IMG/VR virus record: IMGVR_UViG_3300042445_001485
DNA: 64,000 nucleotides
Origin: a virus
Taxonomy: Duplodnaviria; Caudoviricetes
Direction: 5' to 3' (one strand)
The position numbers and the translations under genes were made by a program. The notes beneath the pieces are model-generated. The model was not told the origin of the DNA. It did no database searches and worked only from the letters and a program-made list of their open reading frames with translations. Positions 48,501 through 58,206 of the stretch are shown piece after piece. The first letter of the stretch is position 1. Every line of letters begins with the position of its first letter.

Positions 48501-49056
48501 CAGTGGCAATGCCAGCAATACCTGCCAACACCAGGGTCTGTACCGCAGGATTCTTGGCAGCCTGTTTGACCAAGTCCATTAGACTTTTCTTGGCTTTGGG
48601 GTCTTGTACCTGTGCAATTTGTTCTTGTGCTTTTTGTTCAAATCCCTCAACAGGACCTGCATCTGCAGGCGGCAAACTCTGTACCAGTTTGTCTTTGTTT
48701 TGTGCCAATAATTTGTTGGCAAGTTCTTTGACACCCGACGCACCTTTTTTGGCTAGATCAACTGCACCCGCACCAACTGCACCCGCGGCATCTGCGCCCT
48801 TGCCCAACATGCTACGATTGTCTCCGCCAGCTGTGGCAATCTTTTCTGCTGATCCAAATGCGTTTTGAATCTGCTGTGCGGTCATTGCCGCTTCTGTTAG
48901 GATATCAATATTATTAATGCTGGCAATAAATGGTAGGGTAAAATTCTCACGCACCTTCTGCATATAACCCGTAGTCTTAGGATCCATACCTGCTGTCAAG
49001 CGTGAATACATTTTGGTTTCGTATAGTCGTTGTTCTAGGATAATGCTGGGTTTCAT
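45547..49056 (-). CDS. Large low-complexity Ala/Gln/Pro/Gly-rich protein (possible internal virion protein)
   Basis: 1169 aa with hydrophobic Gly/Ala helices and long disordered tracts. Confidence 0.6.
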   Translation of the reverse strand: MKPSIILEQRLYETKMYSRLTAGMDPKTTGYMQKVRENFTLPFIASINNIDILTEAAMTAQQIQNAFGSAEKIATAGGDNRSMLGKGADAAGAVGAGAVDLAKKGASGVKELANKLLAQNKDKLVQSLPPADAGPVEGFEQKAQEQIAQVQDPKAKKSLMDLVKQAAKNPAVQTLVLAGIAGIATVVAGPAIAGLGLGMAATGALTGTVVGGLTGAVRGLMQGQGLTGALKQGAMGAGLGAAGGGIAGAVAQGAQAYMQNRGAEAQQQATTGELPVDAQAQNQSVDIKAAQEWINADPAERARIEQTTGMPGAQLQDIAVSNDLKSSTDLGAFDSGPGKGWDGQARSPNPIVGKDTFPDGTPIERSGGNSSPGYMKQFGGEQPNQGGEAPINPNAGQQQVDLNKMVQNKVDTGAIPAPTDTSAAAATQPDTNRLTGKPFEPAPTWDQMTPDQQAAVTAKQQQQAADDAQGTQNAQNYWANKAAARANGILLRSGHSPVAAINEYVDYELTARMWYIRESVGKPRGNIHLTEAGIGDMFKKAGNWLKTKAGNVTNKVTADKLQQAWKKAGNPTDSGQVAGIMVSAGVPQETVDQVFQNLGLPAGASTVTAAPEAPAKAPGQGLLGKAAGAIGGAIGGVKGAIAGTKDAFAKGQETGFDSARTSQAGDAVGATGEANPYAKQDAQPGQDPQGQQPSYGQGAAPQAYGVAPRSTPRSQGPAAPGSASATAQGTTDTGNDVTTSDRRTSNYQKSLDNMGSAVNTGGTAVADTVNDLNRAVQSGKGMGAGGQSLVRGAYAPGGEGAGRDSVKIKDEYGQDHAYKKVGNKWYDTENKEVPSAIAAMLAKQAEQQAALTKAKTPAQQTAQEPVATTAPAASAKAEPISIGGQKLDPKDPASAKLIAQVQQAPGGTQQAGQTAPATGATPPDLGTQSDGKPIKPGQKFDTETGKPLAQQPDAAPPATTQQAPAKLDPRDLNKDGTVDATEKSIAKNRAKTGATPPAATTTPAGQSPEDIRKAKQADAATAAQGQMAASTQQAQTATNDVMNRMTKQLGTPPAGGPAQPTPDFSKQMTGYGKTTINAPTGVPAVTKPAVPVTTNATTQPAQPEPQGTTLDLDQFRKDQAAKKAQQTAPAVPGFQQTKLNGGGVKQPEPVLTAGIDFSAALLRKMKERV

Positions 49057-49322
49057 AACTGCTCTTTATTTTTTTTGGCTGCTTCTCTGATACCGCGTAC
49101 TTTACGGGTAAATTTTGCCGGATCTTGACTGCGTATGCTGTTTAATAGTCTACGTTCAAGCTCGTCGGCTGTGTCAGCATCGTAGTTTTCCTTGATATAC
49201 TTCATCAAATTGATTGCACTAGTAATCACATTATTAGCACGGCTTTCAACAAGGCTTTCCTTGTCTCTTTGCACACTAATACTGGTTAGCTCTTCCAGAA
49301 TACTACGGGTCTGTTTACGCAA
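49053..49322 (-). CDS. Conserved small late protein
   Basis: TRSILEEL...ESRANNVI.SAINL...ERRLLNSIR; TTG start with SD GGAG and a TAAATA box. Confidence 0.7.
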   Translation of the reverse strand: MRKQTRSILEELTSISVQRDKESLVESRANNVITSAINLMKYIKENYDADTADELERRLLNSIRSQDPAKFTRKVRGIREAAKKNKEQL

Positions 49323-49382
49323 GATTTACTCCAATTTAGTATATTTAGTTGTTGTTTTAATTATGAGTATTTCAGTTTACCA

Positions 49383-50507
49383 TTAAATATACTTGCCTGA
49401 TATAGCAAACTTACTGTAAAACTCTGCAACTTCGGGAAATACCTTGGTCCAGTCTTGATTCCTTAGTGTATCAAACTTGTGTATTTCTTCTAGCATTTTC
49501 TTTATACCTCTGGAACTTTCGTTAAATTCCGGTCTAAGCATCTTTTTAAAATTTGAATCAATTGATCTAATATACTCGTTGGATAGATTATGTATTCCAA
49601 ATATGCCTTCTGCCATGTGTCTAGTGTGATTTACAGCATCACCCAATCTATTGATTTTAAAGTTCTGCTCAATCCAGGTGGCCAATTCCTGTTGATAATA
49701 CAAATTAAAAATACTAACTGTTTCTTCTATTAAAAACATAACATTAACTGGTAAGTTTTGATTCGATTGCAATACGTTGTTGGTTACTTGATTCCAATCG
49801 GCGGGCCAACGCAAATAGTTAAATCTTTCTTTAATGCCGTCAAGACTAATGTGTAGTTTAACCAAATGAAACTTTTCAATAATACTGTAATATTCTTTAT
49901 CAATAGTTTGTGTGCCATTGGTTTGAAAACTAACTGTTAGTTTTTCCTTGGCGTTGGGCACAAGTCTTGCTAGTTCTTCGGCAACTTGCCAGTAGCTGTT
50001 GCCCAGTAGAGTTTCGCCACCACAAAAAACAACTAACCCAAGGTTTGAAAGATCTAGTGTTCTTAATAAATCAATCATGTCATCCACACGACTAACAGGA
50101 CGAGGTGCGGTAAATGCTATTTTGTGTTCTTTAAGATGTCGTTGCCAGTAGGTGCTTAACTGTGGTCCACATGTCCTACAGGCCAGGTTGCAACCAATAT
50201 CAAACATAAGGTCAAGTCTAACCGGTCCGGACAAGTTGGTCTGCACACCGAATTGTTCAAGCGTGCCTGTACGCAGACTGGGTGTATTGACTTTTTCATT
50301 TGCTTGACAAGTCCAACAGGCACTATCCCAAATATTTTGATTGTTCTTTTCTCGAAGTTTAGTAAACTGCTGATTGTTCCACAGATCGTCAGTGACTTCA
50401 ATCATGTCTGGTCGAAGACAGCACTGATTTACAAAAACCTTATTGTGATCTTTTTTTAAGTTTATCTGTAGACCGCCATGAATCATGGGGCAATGTATAT
50501 TGCTCAT
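49383..50507 (-). CDS. Radical SAM protein with N-terminal Cys-rich region
   Basis: CNLACRTC, GGET, N-terminal CP..CC..CWTC. Confidence 0.85.
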   Translation of the reverse strand: MSNIHCPMIHGGLQINLKKDHNKVFVNQCCLRPDMIEVTDDLWNNQQFTKLREKNNQNIWDSACWTCQANEKVNTPSLRTGTLEQFGVQTNLSGPVRLDLMFDIGCNLACRTCGPQLSTYWQRHLKEHKIAFTAPRPVSRVDDMIDLLRTLDLSNLGLVVFCGGETLLGNSYWQVAEELARLVPNAKEKLTVSFQTNGTQTIDKEYYSIIEKFHLVKLHISLDGIKERFNYLRWPADWNQVTNNVLQSNQNLPVNVMFLIEETVSIFNLYYQQELATWIEQNFKINRLGDAVNHTRHMAEGIFGIHNLSNEYIRSIDSNFKKMLRPEFNESSRGIKKMLEEIHKFDTLRNQDWTKVFPEVAEFYSKFAISGKYI

Positions 50508-51931
50508 TCTGCTTTCTTGAGTCCTGCCAACATGCTCTTGAGTCTATTGCTGTTGACTTCTCCGGTGGCCTTGGGAGCCTGTTCCCACGCAGGGGTTCCA
50601 GTAGCACGCTCAAAACTAGTTTCTTCTGCGGACTCTGCAACCTTGCTTTTTATTTGACTCATGATACTGGAAACTTTAGCAGGTCCACCCGAATCGTTGG
50701 CATCAAGTCCAGGATCTGTGATACGCATGGATTCAATGTTGTATTCAAGATCAATCTTTTGTCCAACACCGGTACTACTACGCGACTTCATACACTGAAT
50801 TTGATAACGACCACGCTCACGCATTTGCCTGCTGGTAAAGATACCAAACACATTGTCTGCTGTGTTGATCTTACTAATACCACCAGCAATGTGGCTATGG
50901 TCAAATTCCACTTCTTCAACAGCACTACGATTCAACTGACTGGCTGTGACCAGTAATACGCCCAGTTCTTTGGCCAAGTTACGCAATTCTTCTGCCACAT
51001 ATTTGTCTTTGATAAACTGATCATTGGGGTTGACCTTGACACTCACAGGCATGACCAAGTCCAGATAGTCTACCATAACAAAGTCTACTCGAATCCCGGT
51101 CTGTATCTGCACTTCTTTCAAGTAACTGCGAATGTCGTTCACTGTGCTCTGCGCCGGCAGGGCCTTGACACGATACTGTCCGGCTTTTTTACTGACCAGG
51201 CGCACTTTCATTGTGGTTGTGTCAATGTCCTTGCGAATTTCTTTGGTACCTGTGCCAGTCAACATGGCATCTGTACGTAGACTTGTAAGTTCTTCACTCA
51301 GTTCCAGTGTGATGTAAACTCCGCTGAGTCCGGCCTGCAACCAACTCAGCGCAATGTTCATCATCACAAGGCTCTTGCCCGAACCCGATCCGCCAGCAAA
51401 GATGTTGAGTTCACCCCTACTAAAACCGCCATACAACAATCTATCTAATTGCGGCCATCCTGTTGAGACCTGCCCGCCCGAGTTGAAGTATCGGTCAATG
51501 CGAGCCTTAGGATCAGCAAAGTAATCCGTACCCATGTCTTTGGTGAGTGATATCTGTACTGCGTCTTTGATAAGTTTTTCAACTGGGTCATATTCGCCCT
51601 TTTCCAGCAAGTCTGCTGATTTTAAAATTGCTCGCTCTAGTTCTTGTCTACGGGTAAAACTTTCAAACTCGGTCATGAACCATTCATAGTGGCCTTCATT
51701 TAGTTCAGGTACCGGTTTCAAGTCCACACCTGTGGTGGCTTTTATTTGCTCGTATGTGGGTAGAGTTTTGTGATCTTCACTATGCTTTTTAAGAAACTCT
51801 GCCACTGCTCGCAGACTACGATCAAAGTTTTCAGGATTGTAAATGTTCTGCACCCGCACATAACTAGTGGCATCCTGCAACATCATTTCTAAAAACAACT
51901 GCTGTAGTTCTCTTGTGTATTCTTTGTTCAT
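50504..51931 (-). CDS. Replicative helicase (T4 gp41/DnaB-like)
   Basis: Walker A GGSGSGKS, ITLEL, VDYLD, TASQLNR, KSRSS. Confidence 0.93.
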   Translation of the reverse strand: MNKEYTRELQQLFLEMMLQDATSYVRVQNIYNPENFDRSLRAVAEFLKKHSEDHKTLPTYEQIKATTGVDLKPVPELNEGHYEWFMTEFESFTRRQELERAILKSADLLEKGEYDPVEKLIKDAVQISLTKDMGTDYFADPKARIDRYFNSGGQVSTGWPQLDRLLYGGFSRGELNIFAGGSGSGKSLVMMNIALSWLQAGLSGVYITLELSEELTSLRTDAMLTGTGTKEIRKDIDTTTMKVRLVSKKAGQYRVKALPAQSTVNDIRSYLKEVQIQTGIRVDFVMVDYLDLVMPVSVKVNPNDQFIKDKYVAEELRNLAKELGVLLVTASQLNRSAVEEVEFDHSHIAGGISKINTADNVFGIFTSRQMRERGRYQIQCMKSRSSTGVGQKIDLEYNIESMRITDPGLDANDSGGPAKVSSIMSQIKSKVAESAEETSFERATGTPAWEQAPKATGEVNSNRLKSMLAGLKKAE

Positions 51932-52974
51932 AAGTTAGTATTTAATTTTTTCTTTAGTAGTTCAATTTTTAAGCGACTCGTTTGCTTGGCCTCCAGGATA
52001 CTTTTCAACACAAACAGTCTACCATAGGCCACAACTGCTGAGTTGACATCTTTGTGTGTTTCTTGCCATATGGGATAACTCACACTCCAACCATACTCAA
52101 TGGCCGCATCAATCAACTTGATACCTGCACGGTCCACATCAGGTACCACAATAACTTCTCGTCCCAGGCTGTCAATGATGTCGGCCTGCACTTCACTACA
52201 TTCATTACTTAACACAGCAATACCATCAATGGCCATGGCATCAAACGGACCTTCCACAACGATAACAAATTTACTAGTGGGCCGTTGTCTATCCACATTG
52301 AACACATAGTTGCCTTCATAACTGTTGTGATACTTGGGTCGGACATCATCTTGTGTGGCACGGGCAGTATATCCAATGATCTTGTTCTGCCAAGTACAGG
52401 GCACAATTACTCGCCGATCTAAATTGTACTGGCGCTCAGGAGTCCAATAAAAATCATATTTACTTAGATCAATAGCCCTGGCCGCTGGATATAACACGGC
52501 ATTGTGAAACGACGCAGGTACATTGGTGACCGCAGGATTATCTGCACTCAATGTATGAAACATTTCCCAGGCATGAAGTGTCTGTGCTTCCTCAGGCAAG
52601 GACCTGGCCTTAAAGACGACTTCTTCTCGGACTACTTCCGCCGTCTCAGGCTCTACCAGTTCCTTGATACGGATGGCATCTATGACCAATCGCTTGATGG
52701 TATTTTCATCAGCACCCAGCCAACTCAGGAGCTTTCTAAACTTGTAGTTTAGGTGGCGTCCTGGTGTGTAGTTGGTGGTGTAATTGCAGTTAAAACAACT
52801 ATAACTAATGCTACCTGTAGGATTGGTAATAATGCCGCCTCTGCCTCGAGAGTCCGAGGACTCCCCACGGTGATGACAGCAGACGGCATTAAAACTGGTC
52901 CACCCTGATACCGAATTGGTCTTTCGCCGAACCGGAAGCAATGAGTTTACTGTGTCAAGAATCGAGTTTAGCAT
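51928..52974 (-). CDS. DNA primase (T4 gp61-like)
   Basis: Zn ribbon CCHH..CFNC, TOPRIM EGPFDA and DVD, KDVN; TTGACC-17-TATAAT promoter 6 nt upstream of the ATG. Confidence 0.88.
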   Translation of the reverse strand: MLNSILDTVNSLLPVRRKTNSVSGWTSFNAVCCHHRGESSDSRGRGGIITNPTGSISYSCFNCNYTTNYTPGRHLNYKFRKLLSWLGADENTIKRLVIDAIRIKELVEPETAEVVREEVVFKARSLPEEAQTLHAWEMFHTLSADNPAVTNVPASFHNAVLYPAARAIDLSKYDFYWTPERQYNLDRRVIVPCTWQNKIIGYTARATQDDVRPKYHNSYEGNYVFNVDRQRPTSKFVIVVEGPFDAMAIDGIAVLSNECSEVQADIIDSLGREVIVVPDVDRAGIKLIDAAIEYGWSVSYPIWQETHKDVNSAVVAYGRLFVLKSILEAKQTSRLKIELLKKKLNTNL

Positions 52975-53019
52975 CCTACTATTATATAGGAAAATTTGGA
53001 CAAGGTCAATTAAATTGAA

Positions 53020-54396
53020 CTAGATTCCATAGGTTGACCTATTTGCATTGTAGTTCTGTAGTACTTGTTCGGCTGTGAGTGCGGCATTGTACAGTCTGGT
53101 TATACCTATTTTACCATCAAAATATTGCGAGTATTCTCCACCGTTGTATGATCCTATATACAAGTTTGTTGATGCATTGAGTATGCTTGAAAAACTGTGT
53201 GCAGTTGATCCTATGCTTACGCCATTTATATAGGCTTCTAAACTATTAGATGCTACATTTTTCCAAACATAAACTACTTGTACCCAAGTACTCAGTACAG
53301 TTTGGTAGTTTGGACTGTTTACAACTGTTGTGCCATTGCCAATTTGAGCATACACAATACCGGTGTTGTTAGTTCTAATACTATATGACACATCTTGTGA
53401 CGCACCACCTGGATCAAATTTGCCTAATATCGTGCCAGCACTGCCTGTTTTAAATGCAGTGGTATTGAACCATGCTTCCATAGTCCAGTCACCTGCACCG
53501 GGTTCTAGTAGTGCGTTGTCAGCGATATTAACCTGACTACTAGTACCATTGTAAGTAAAGTACGGATCAGTGTAAGTGATGTTGCTCATTGTGCCGTTTA
53601 GGCCGTTACCGGAAATATCAAATAGTGTGGTGCCTGATCCTGGGTAACTGGTTGTTAAGTCGGGATTGTAGTAAGCAACCAAGTTAGTGGTCACCGCAGT
53701 ATCAACTCTACCGCGTAGTGCGTTAAAGTTTTGCGTGATTTCATCAGCTGACAAGGCACGATTGTAGATCACTGCTGTGGCTATCTTACCATTGAAATAT
53801 CTAATGTCAACTTCATCTCGACCAATTTTTATATCGTCTAGGATGGTGCTGGTATGATTAACGGTATTAGTGGCAGAGGTGATTCCACTGGATTGACACA
53901 GATATGCCGTCGCTGTGGTGCTGGTAACGGAAACTGCGATCATGCACCATGTCAAATCTGGTATGGTCAATCCACTATCCCAACTCCAGGTATTAACGGC
54001 ATCGTTCCAGGTATATGAAATTTTATTAGTTGTACCAAAAAACGATATTCCGGTAGCAACCGATCCTCTAGAATATATGATACCGGCATAATTGGCTTGA
54101 CTTCCGTTTCGTCTCATCCAAACTAAAAAAGTGGCTGCTGTTACTGTAGGTGATCCTAAACATTGAACGTAATCATTTGTTCCATCAAAAACCATAGAAC
54201 CGCCATCTGCTCTGTTATAAGTTGGTCCACTTATTAATGTTCCATTACGACCATTACCACTTAAATCAGTCCAGGCTGTTCCTGTGCCAGGATAACTGGC
54301 GGTGTTGCCAGCATCTACATATAGTAACGCACCGTTACTGTTAAACGATGCGTCATATACATTTATATTCCTTAGAGTTATCCCTTGGATGATCAT
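53020..54396 (-). CDS. Tandem LamG/concanavalin-A-like lectin domain virion protein
   Basis: Two copies of D...SYPG.GT..TDLSGNG.NGT..FDG...Y.ALSA.E..QN.NA; probable start MIIQG at 54396. Confidence 0.8.
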   Translation of the reverse strand: MIIQGITLRNINVYDASFNSNGALLYVDAGNTASYPGTGTAWTDLSGNGRNGTLISGPTYNRADGGSMVFDGTNDYVQCLGSPTVTAATFLVWMRRNGSQANYAGIIYSRGSVATGISFFGTTNKISYTWNDAVNTWSWDSGLTIPDLTWCMIAVSVTSTTATAYLCQSSGITSATNTVNHTSTILDDIKIGRDEVDIRYFNGKIATAVIYNRALSADEITQNFNALRGRVDTAVTTNLVAYYNPDLTTSYPGSGTTLFDISGNGLNGTMSNITYTDPYFTYNGTSSQVNIADNALLEPGAGDWTMEAWFNTTAFKTGSAGTILGKFDPGGASQDVSYSIRTNNTGIVYAQIGNGTTVVNSPNYQTVLSTWVQVVYVWKNVASNSLEAYINGVSIGSTAHSFSSILNASTNLYIGSYNGGEYSQYFDGKIGITRLYNAALTAEQVLQNYNANRSTYGI

Positions 54397-54406
54397 GATT
54401 GATCCA

Positions 54407-57400
54407 TTAACTGATTGCGATCCAACCGTAACGCACAGTGACATTACCGCCACTGGTGTTGTTGAGGCCAAAGTCAAATCTATTGGTAGTTGCACTGGGA
54501 GCCGTATTGCTACGAACTATGGTGTTGGCAGTGCCTGTAAACTGATTGGGTATGCTGACAAAGTCAATGGGTGTGCCGCCCCCGTTGTAGACCCAGGCAT
54601 ACTGAGCACCCACAACAGGCACATTGGTATTGCTAACAGTAGCCATGGCGTTCCAAACCAAGATACCATTGGGGATATTGCAATCAACCCACAACTGATA
54701 TGTGCCTGATGCTGGAACAGTGAAACTGTAGGTGTTGGTACCAGTGGTCACTGTCCAAGAGCCTGTGGTTTTTAAGGCAACTCCGGTTAGCCCTGAGCCG
54801 CTGCCACTTAGGGTACCTGTTGCTGTTATATTGCCGCCAACTGTAACACCAGTATTGGCCACTGTCATAGCAATTGCCGATGATGTTGTGCCGCCGGTAA
54901 AGAATTTAATAGTCTTGCCTGTGGTTGTTGTACCAATTGCTAGGTTACCACCACTTTGATTTGCATTGCTGGTGTTACCTTGTGCATAGATGTAGGAATC
55001 TGCGGCAAATACAATATTGCCCAGGCTATTACTTGGCGTAGTGTTATCGTATCCACTGTTGATAATACCTAGATCCAGAAAGTTAACTGTGTCACTGCCG
55101 TTATTGGCAGTCACAATATAATCTGCTGTGGCATCGTTACCACTGTTCTTGTTCTGCAGGGTCACCTGAGAATAATAATTAACATTGGCACTAAAACTAG
55201 CCACGGTGTTTGGTAAGAAGGTATTGGTCACACCAACAAACACATTGGCCGGAAGTGTAACATTGCCAGTATTATCAAACGTATATGAATAGTTACCAGC
55301 CACCAAGGTTACATTGCTACTTGTACCAACAATATTGCCAGCCGCACTCACTGTCACATTAGTTAGGCCCGCCCCATTACCAACAAAATTAGTTGCTATC
55401 ACATTGGCTGTGGTTGTGATATTAGCTGATGTGCTGATTGAAGTTACAAAGTTTTGTAGGTTGGCAATTACATTGGCATTGGCATAACTACTGGTGCCAT
55501 AGTTCAAGTTGGCATAGGTATAAAAACTGCCAATGTTGGCTGTGATAGCATTGATGCTGGTGGCCTGTGTGGCCGCATTGGAATACAATGTGCCAATATT
55601 GGCACCAATGTAGGCTTCAACGTTGGTGTTGCTGTATGTCCCAGTCACAGTGGACAGGATGTTTACACCATTGCCTTGGAATTTAAAATTCTCTGCACTG
55701 ATGCTACTGAATCCAGAAATAACCGGAGCCGGACTTGATGCAAATCCAGCCACAATGCCCGAGCCCACCTTCAGGTATCCAGTTTCGGGTAATGTTAGGT
55801 TACCATTGGTGCCAAACTGCCAACTGTTTCGGCCTCCGATAACAATAATGAATGTGGCATCGGATGTGCCGCTTGTGACTGTTATAACATCGCCGTTGGT
55901 GTATCCTGTACCGGCAGTGGCTATAGCAATAGTACTGGCATATCCACCAGTCTCAGTGACATCTACAGTTAGTCCAGTTCCCGAGCCTCCTGTTGTGGCC
56001 AAGTTGGACCTGGGATTGACTTCCCAACTGCCAGTAGTGCTGTTGATAACAGCAACATTGGTTGGCACACCATTGGGAACCTTTATGCCCAATGCTTGGA
56101 TGGTATCTATATTGCCAGTGGTGTCAAATGTCCAGGCCGCCTGAGCAGACAAATTTGCAGTGGTAGCTCGTATTTCTACGTTGCCGCCATCAACCAACTT
56201 GACATAGTGAAGGTCATTGCCAAGATACAGTTCAGTTGAGCCGCCACCTGCGGTCAAGTGTACATGATCACCGTCTCCTGCCGCAGTTGGATAAATCAAC
56301 AATGCTTGATTAGCATTGGCACCGCCTGCCGGTGTGAGTCGAATAGCACCAGTGAGTCCGCCACCTTCTGAAATGACGCCGCCTGCAGGAAATGTTGTAG
56401 TACCATCTGTGCCAAAAGCCCAGGTGTATCCGTTCTTGGCAATGTTGCTGGCAATGTTGCCTGTGTATGTGGGCAAGTATTCAGCCACATTACTATTAGT
56501 ATATGTACCACCAATTCCCGCCAATATACTTGTGCCGTTTGCATAGGTAAAACTATTTGCAGAAATAACGTTGGTACTAAAATTGTTGACGACTGTCAGG
56601 TTTCCTGCGCCAACATTGCTGGTAGTGCTGGCTGACAAGTATGCGGCCACATTGGTGTTGCTGTAGGTTCCGCTTGCGGCTGCAATGGCCAGATTGGCCG
56701 CTGTGATGTTGGCCTGTAGGCTCGTAATGGCATCTGCTTGTACACCAGCATTGGCAGTCAATGAGACGATAGCATCAGCTTGTACACCTGCGTTGGCTTG
56801 CCAAGCAGTATTGGCCGCAGTGATACTGCCGTACAGGCCAGCAACGTTGGCATTAGCCCAGATATAGTAGCCGCCCAGGTTGGCTTGTAATGTGTCTATT
56901 GCAGTGTTGGCGGCAGTTATGTTTGCAGTTATGTTGCCTAACCAAGTTACCATTACACCCGAGAAGTTGGCGTTGTTGCCCAATGCATTACCAATTTCCA
57001 ATAGTGTATCTAGTGCTGTTGATGCTCCATTGGTTAGAGTACTGAGTTGAGTGTCAACATAACCTTTTACTGCTGTATTGGCTGTGATGATTGCGGCATT
57101 AGCACCAGCAATGGCATCTGCTTGTACTCCGGCATTGGCGGTTAGTGATGTAATAGCATCTGCTTGTACTCCGGCATTGGCAACCAAAGTAGCAATATTT
57201 GCAGACTGTATACCTGCATTGGACCATAGATTTGTGATTTGTAGATTAGCGGCTGTTACATTGGCGTCAATACCCGTGATGACATTGCTTGTTGTCAAGT
57301 AACTGGCCACATTGGAATTGCCAAAGTTACTGGTACCAAATGTGGTATTGGCATAAGTTTGAAATGCACTTAAATTTGCACCAAGATTGGCTGTTGTGGT

Positions 57401-57661
57401 GTTGGCATAAGTCTGGAATGCACTTAAATTTGCACTGAGGTTGGCAGTTGTGGTCTGTAGGTTGGCAATGTTTCCGGATAACTGATTAAATCCAGTTAGT
57501 GTGGACAGTACTGCCATACCGCCGGCTGTTACACCGTCCTGAACTCGAACTGTTTGTAATCCTGTGTCGACCAATAGCTCACCCAAGGGACCTATATAGT
57601 TTCCGGCCGCGGCTGTATTGCCACGTTTCATCAAGATCTGTGATATTCTGATATTGGCCAT
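54407..57661 (-). CDS. Long tail fibre/receptor-binding protein with coiled-coil repeats
   Basis: KRGNT...GELLVDT..RVQDG.T.GG N-terminus; repeated ANAGVQADAI and ANLSAFQTYANTT units. Confidence 0.75.
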   Translation of the reverse strand: MANIRISQILMKRGNTAAAGNYIGPLGELLVDTGLQTVRVQDGVTAGGMAVLSTLTGFNQLSGNIANLQTTTANLSANLSAFQTYANTTTANLGANLSAFQTYANTTFGTSNFGNSNVASYLTTSNVITGIDANVTAANLQITNLWSNAGIQSANIATLVANAGVQADAITSLTANAGVQADAIAGANAAIITANTAVKGYVDTQLSTLTNGASTALDTLLEIGNALGNNANFSGVMVTWLGNITANITAANTAIDTLQANLGGYYIWANANVAGLYGSITAANTAWQANAGVQADAIVSLTANAGVQADAITSLQANITAANLAIAAASGTYSNTNVAAYLSASTTSNVGAGNLTVVNNFSTNVISANSFTYANGTSILAGIGGTYTNSNVAEYLPTYTGNIASNIAKNGYTWAFGTDGTTTFPAGGVISEGGGLTGAIRLTPAGGANANQALLIYPTAAGDGDHVHLTAGGGSTELYLGNDLHYVKLVDGGNVEIRATTANLSAQAAWTFDTTGNIDTIQALGIKVPNGVPTNVAVINSTTGSWEVNPRSNLATTGGSGTGLTVDVTETGGYASTIAIATAGTGYTNGDVITVTSGTSDATFIIVIGGRNSWQFGTNGNLTLPETGYLKVGSGIVAGFASSPAPVISGFSSISAENFKFQGNGVNILSTVTGTYSNTNVEAYIGANIGTLYSNAATQATSINAITANIGSFYTYANLNYGTSSYANANVIANLQNFVTSISTSANITTTANVIATNFVGNGAGLTNVTVSAAGNIVGTSSNVTLVAGNYSYTFDNTGNVTLPANVFVGVTNTFLPNTVASFSANVNYYSQVTLQNKNSGNDATADYIVTANNGSDTVNFLDLGIINSGYDNTTPSNSLGNIVFAADSYIYAQGNTSNANQSGGNLAIGTTTTGKTIKFFTGGTTSSAIAMTVANTGVTVGGNITATGTLSGSGSGLTGVALKTTGSWTVTTGTNTYSFTVPASGTYQLWVDCNIPNGILVWNAMATVSNTNVPVVGAQYAWVYNGGGTPIDFVSIPNQFTGTANTIVRSNTAPSATTNRFDFGLNNTSGGNVTVRYGWIAIS
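56720..57450. repeat. Coding repeats in the fibre stalk
   Basis: GCATCTGCTTGTACTCCGGCATTGGC tandem near 57113-57181, variants near 56729-56797, and a 54-nt-period repeat near 57350-57450. Confidence 0.8.
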
Positions 57662-57662
57662 A

Positions 57663-58172
57663 TTACAGTGATCCGCCGTCTAGTGTGTATGTGTCTGATT
57701 CTGCAGGTGGTGTTGAGTTGGCATAGTAAGCTGGGAGAATCTCCAAATCTAAAGGAACACCGTAGTTGTCATCAATGTATACCGGACGAGTAACATCTGT
57801 GCTGGTAACTGTTGAACTAAACGCCAATTTGTAAAATCTTTGCTCTAATCCGTTGATTGTGTTGGCGTCAAATGTAAAAGTACCCTGTCCCAACTGTATG
57901 TTTCCGCCCACATTGGCATTGAAGTTAACAGCGTAGCTCTTTACTGTGAGCAAGTTAACCGGATCTTGTATGCTGGCAGTTACACTACTGCCAGTGAGAT
58001 TGACCTTCTTCTGGTCTTGGTTCTTAACTACAACTTGTATGGGATTGTCTACACCTTGGTAAACTTTGATTGGGCGGCTGTACACGGTTCTATTCCTCAC
58101 GGTGAATATTGCTGGGTCCATAATTTGAACCTCCGCAATTTGGTTTACTAAATATAGTTTGATAGTCTGCAT
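57663..58172 (-). CDS. Hypothetical tail/baseplate-associated protein
   Basis: Ig-like beta-rich pattern (IKVYQGVDNPIQVVVKNQDQK); exact TATAAATA box upstream. Confidence 0.55.
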   Translation of the reverse strand: MQTIKLYLVNQIAEVQIMDPAIFTVRNRTVYSRPIKVYQGVDNPIQVVVKNQDQKKVNLTGSSVTASIQDPVNLLTVKSYAVNFNANVGGNIQLGQGTFTFDANTINGLEQRFYKLAFSSTVTSTDVTRPVYIDDNYGVPLDLEILPAYYANSTPPAESDTYTLDGGSL

Positions 58173-58206
58173 TTTTTAGGCAATCTTTAACATATTTATA
58201 GCAAAA

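Noticed and set aside
45679-48868. Many long plus-strand and alternate-frame ORFs over the 1169-aa gene (also over the fibre and autotransporter genes)
   Set aside because: Expected antisense shadows of low-complexity GCN/ACN/GGN-rich coding DNA; no promoters, SDs or recognisable motifs
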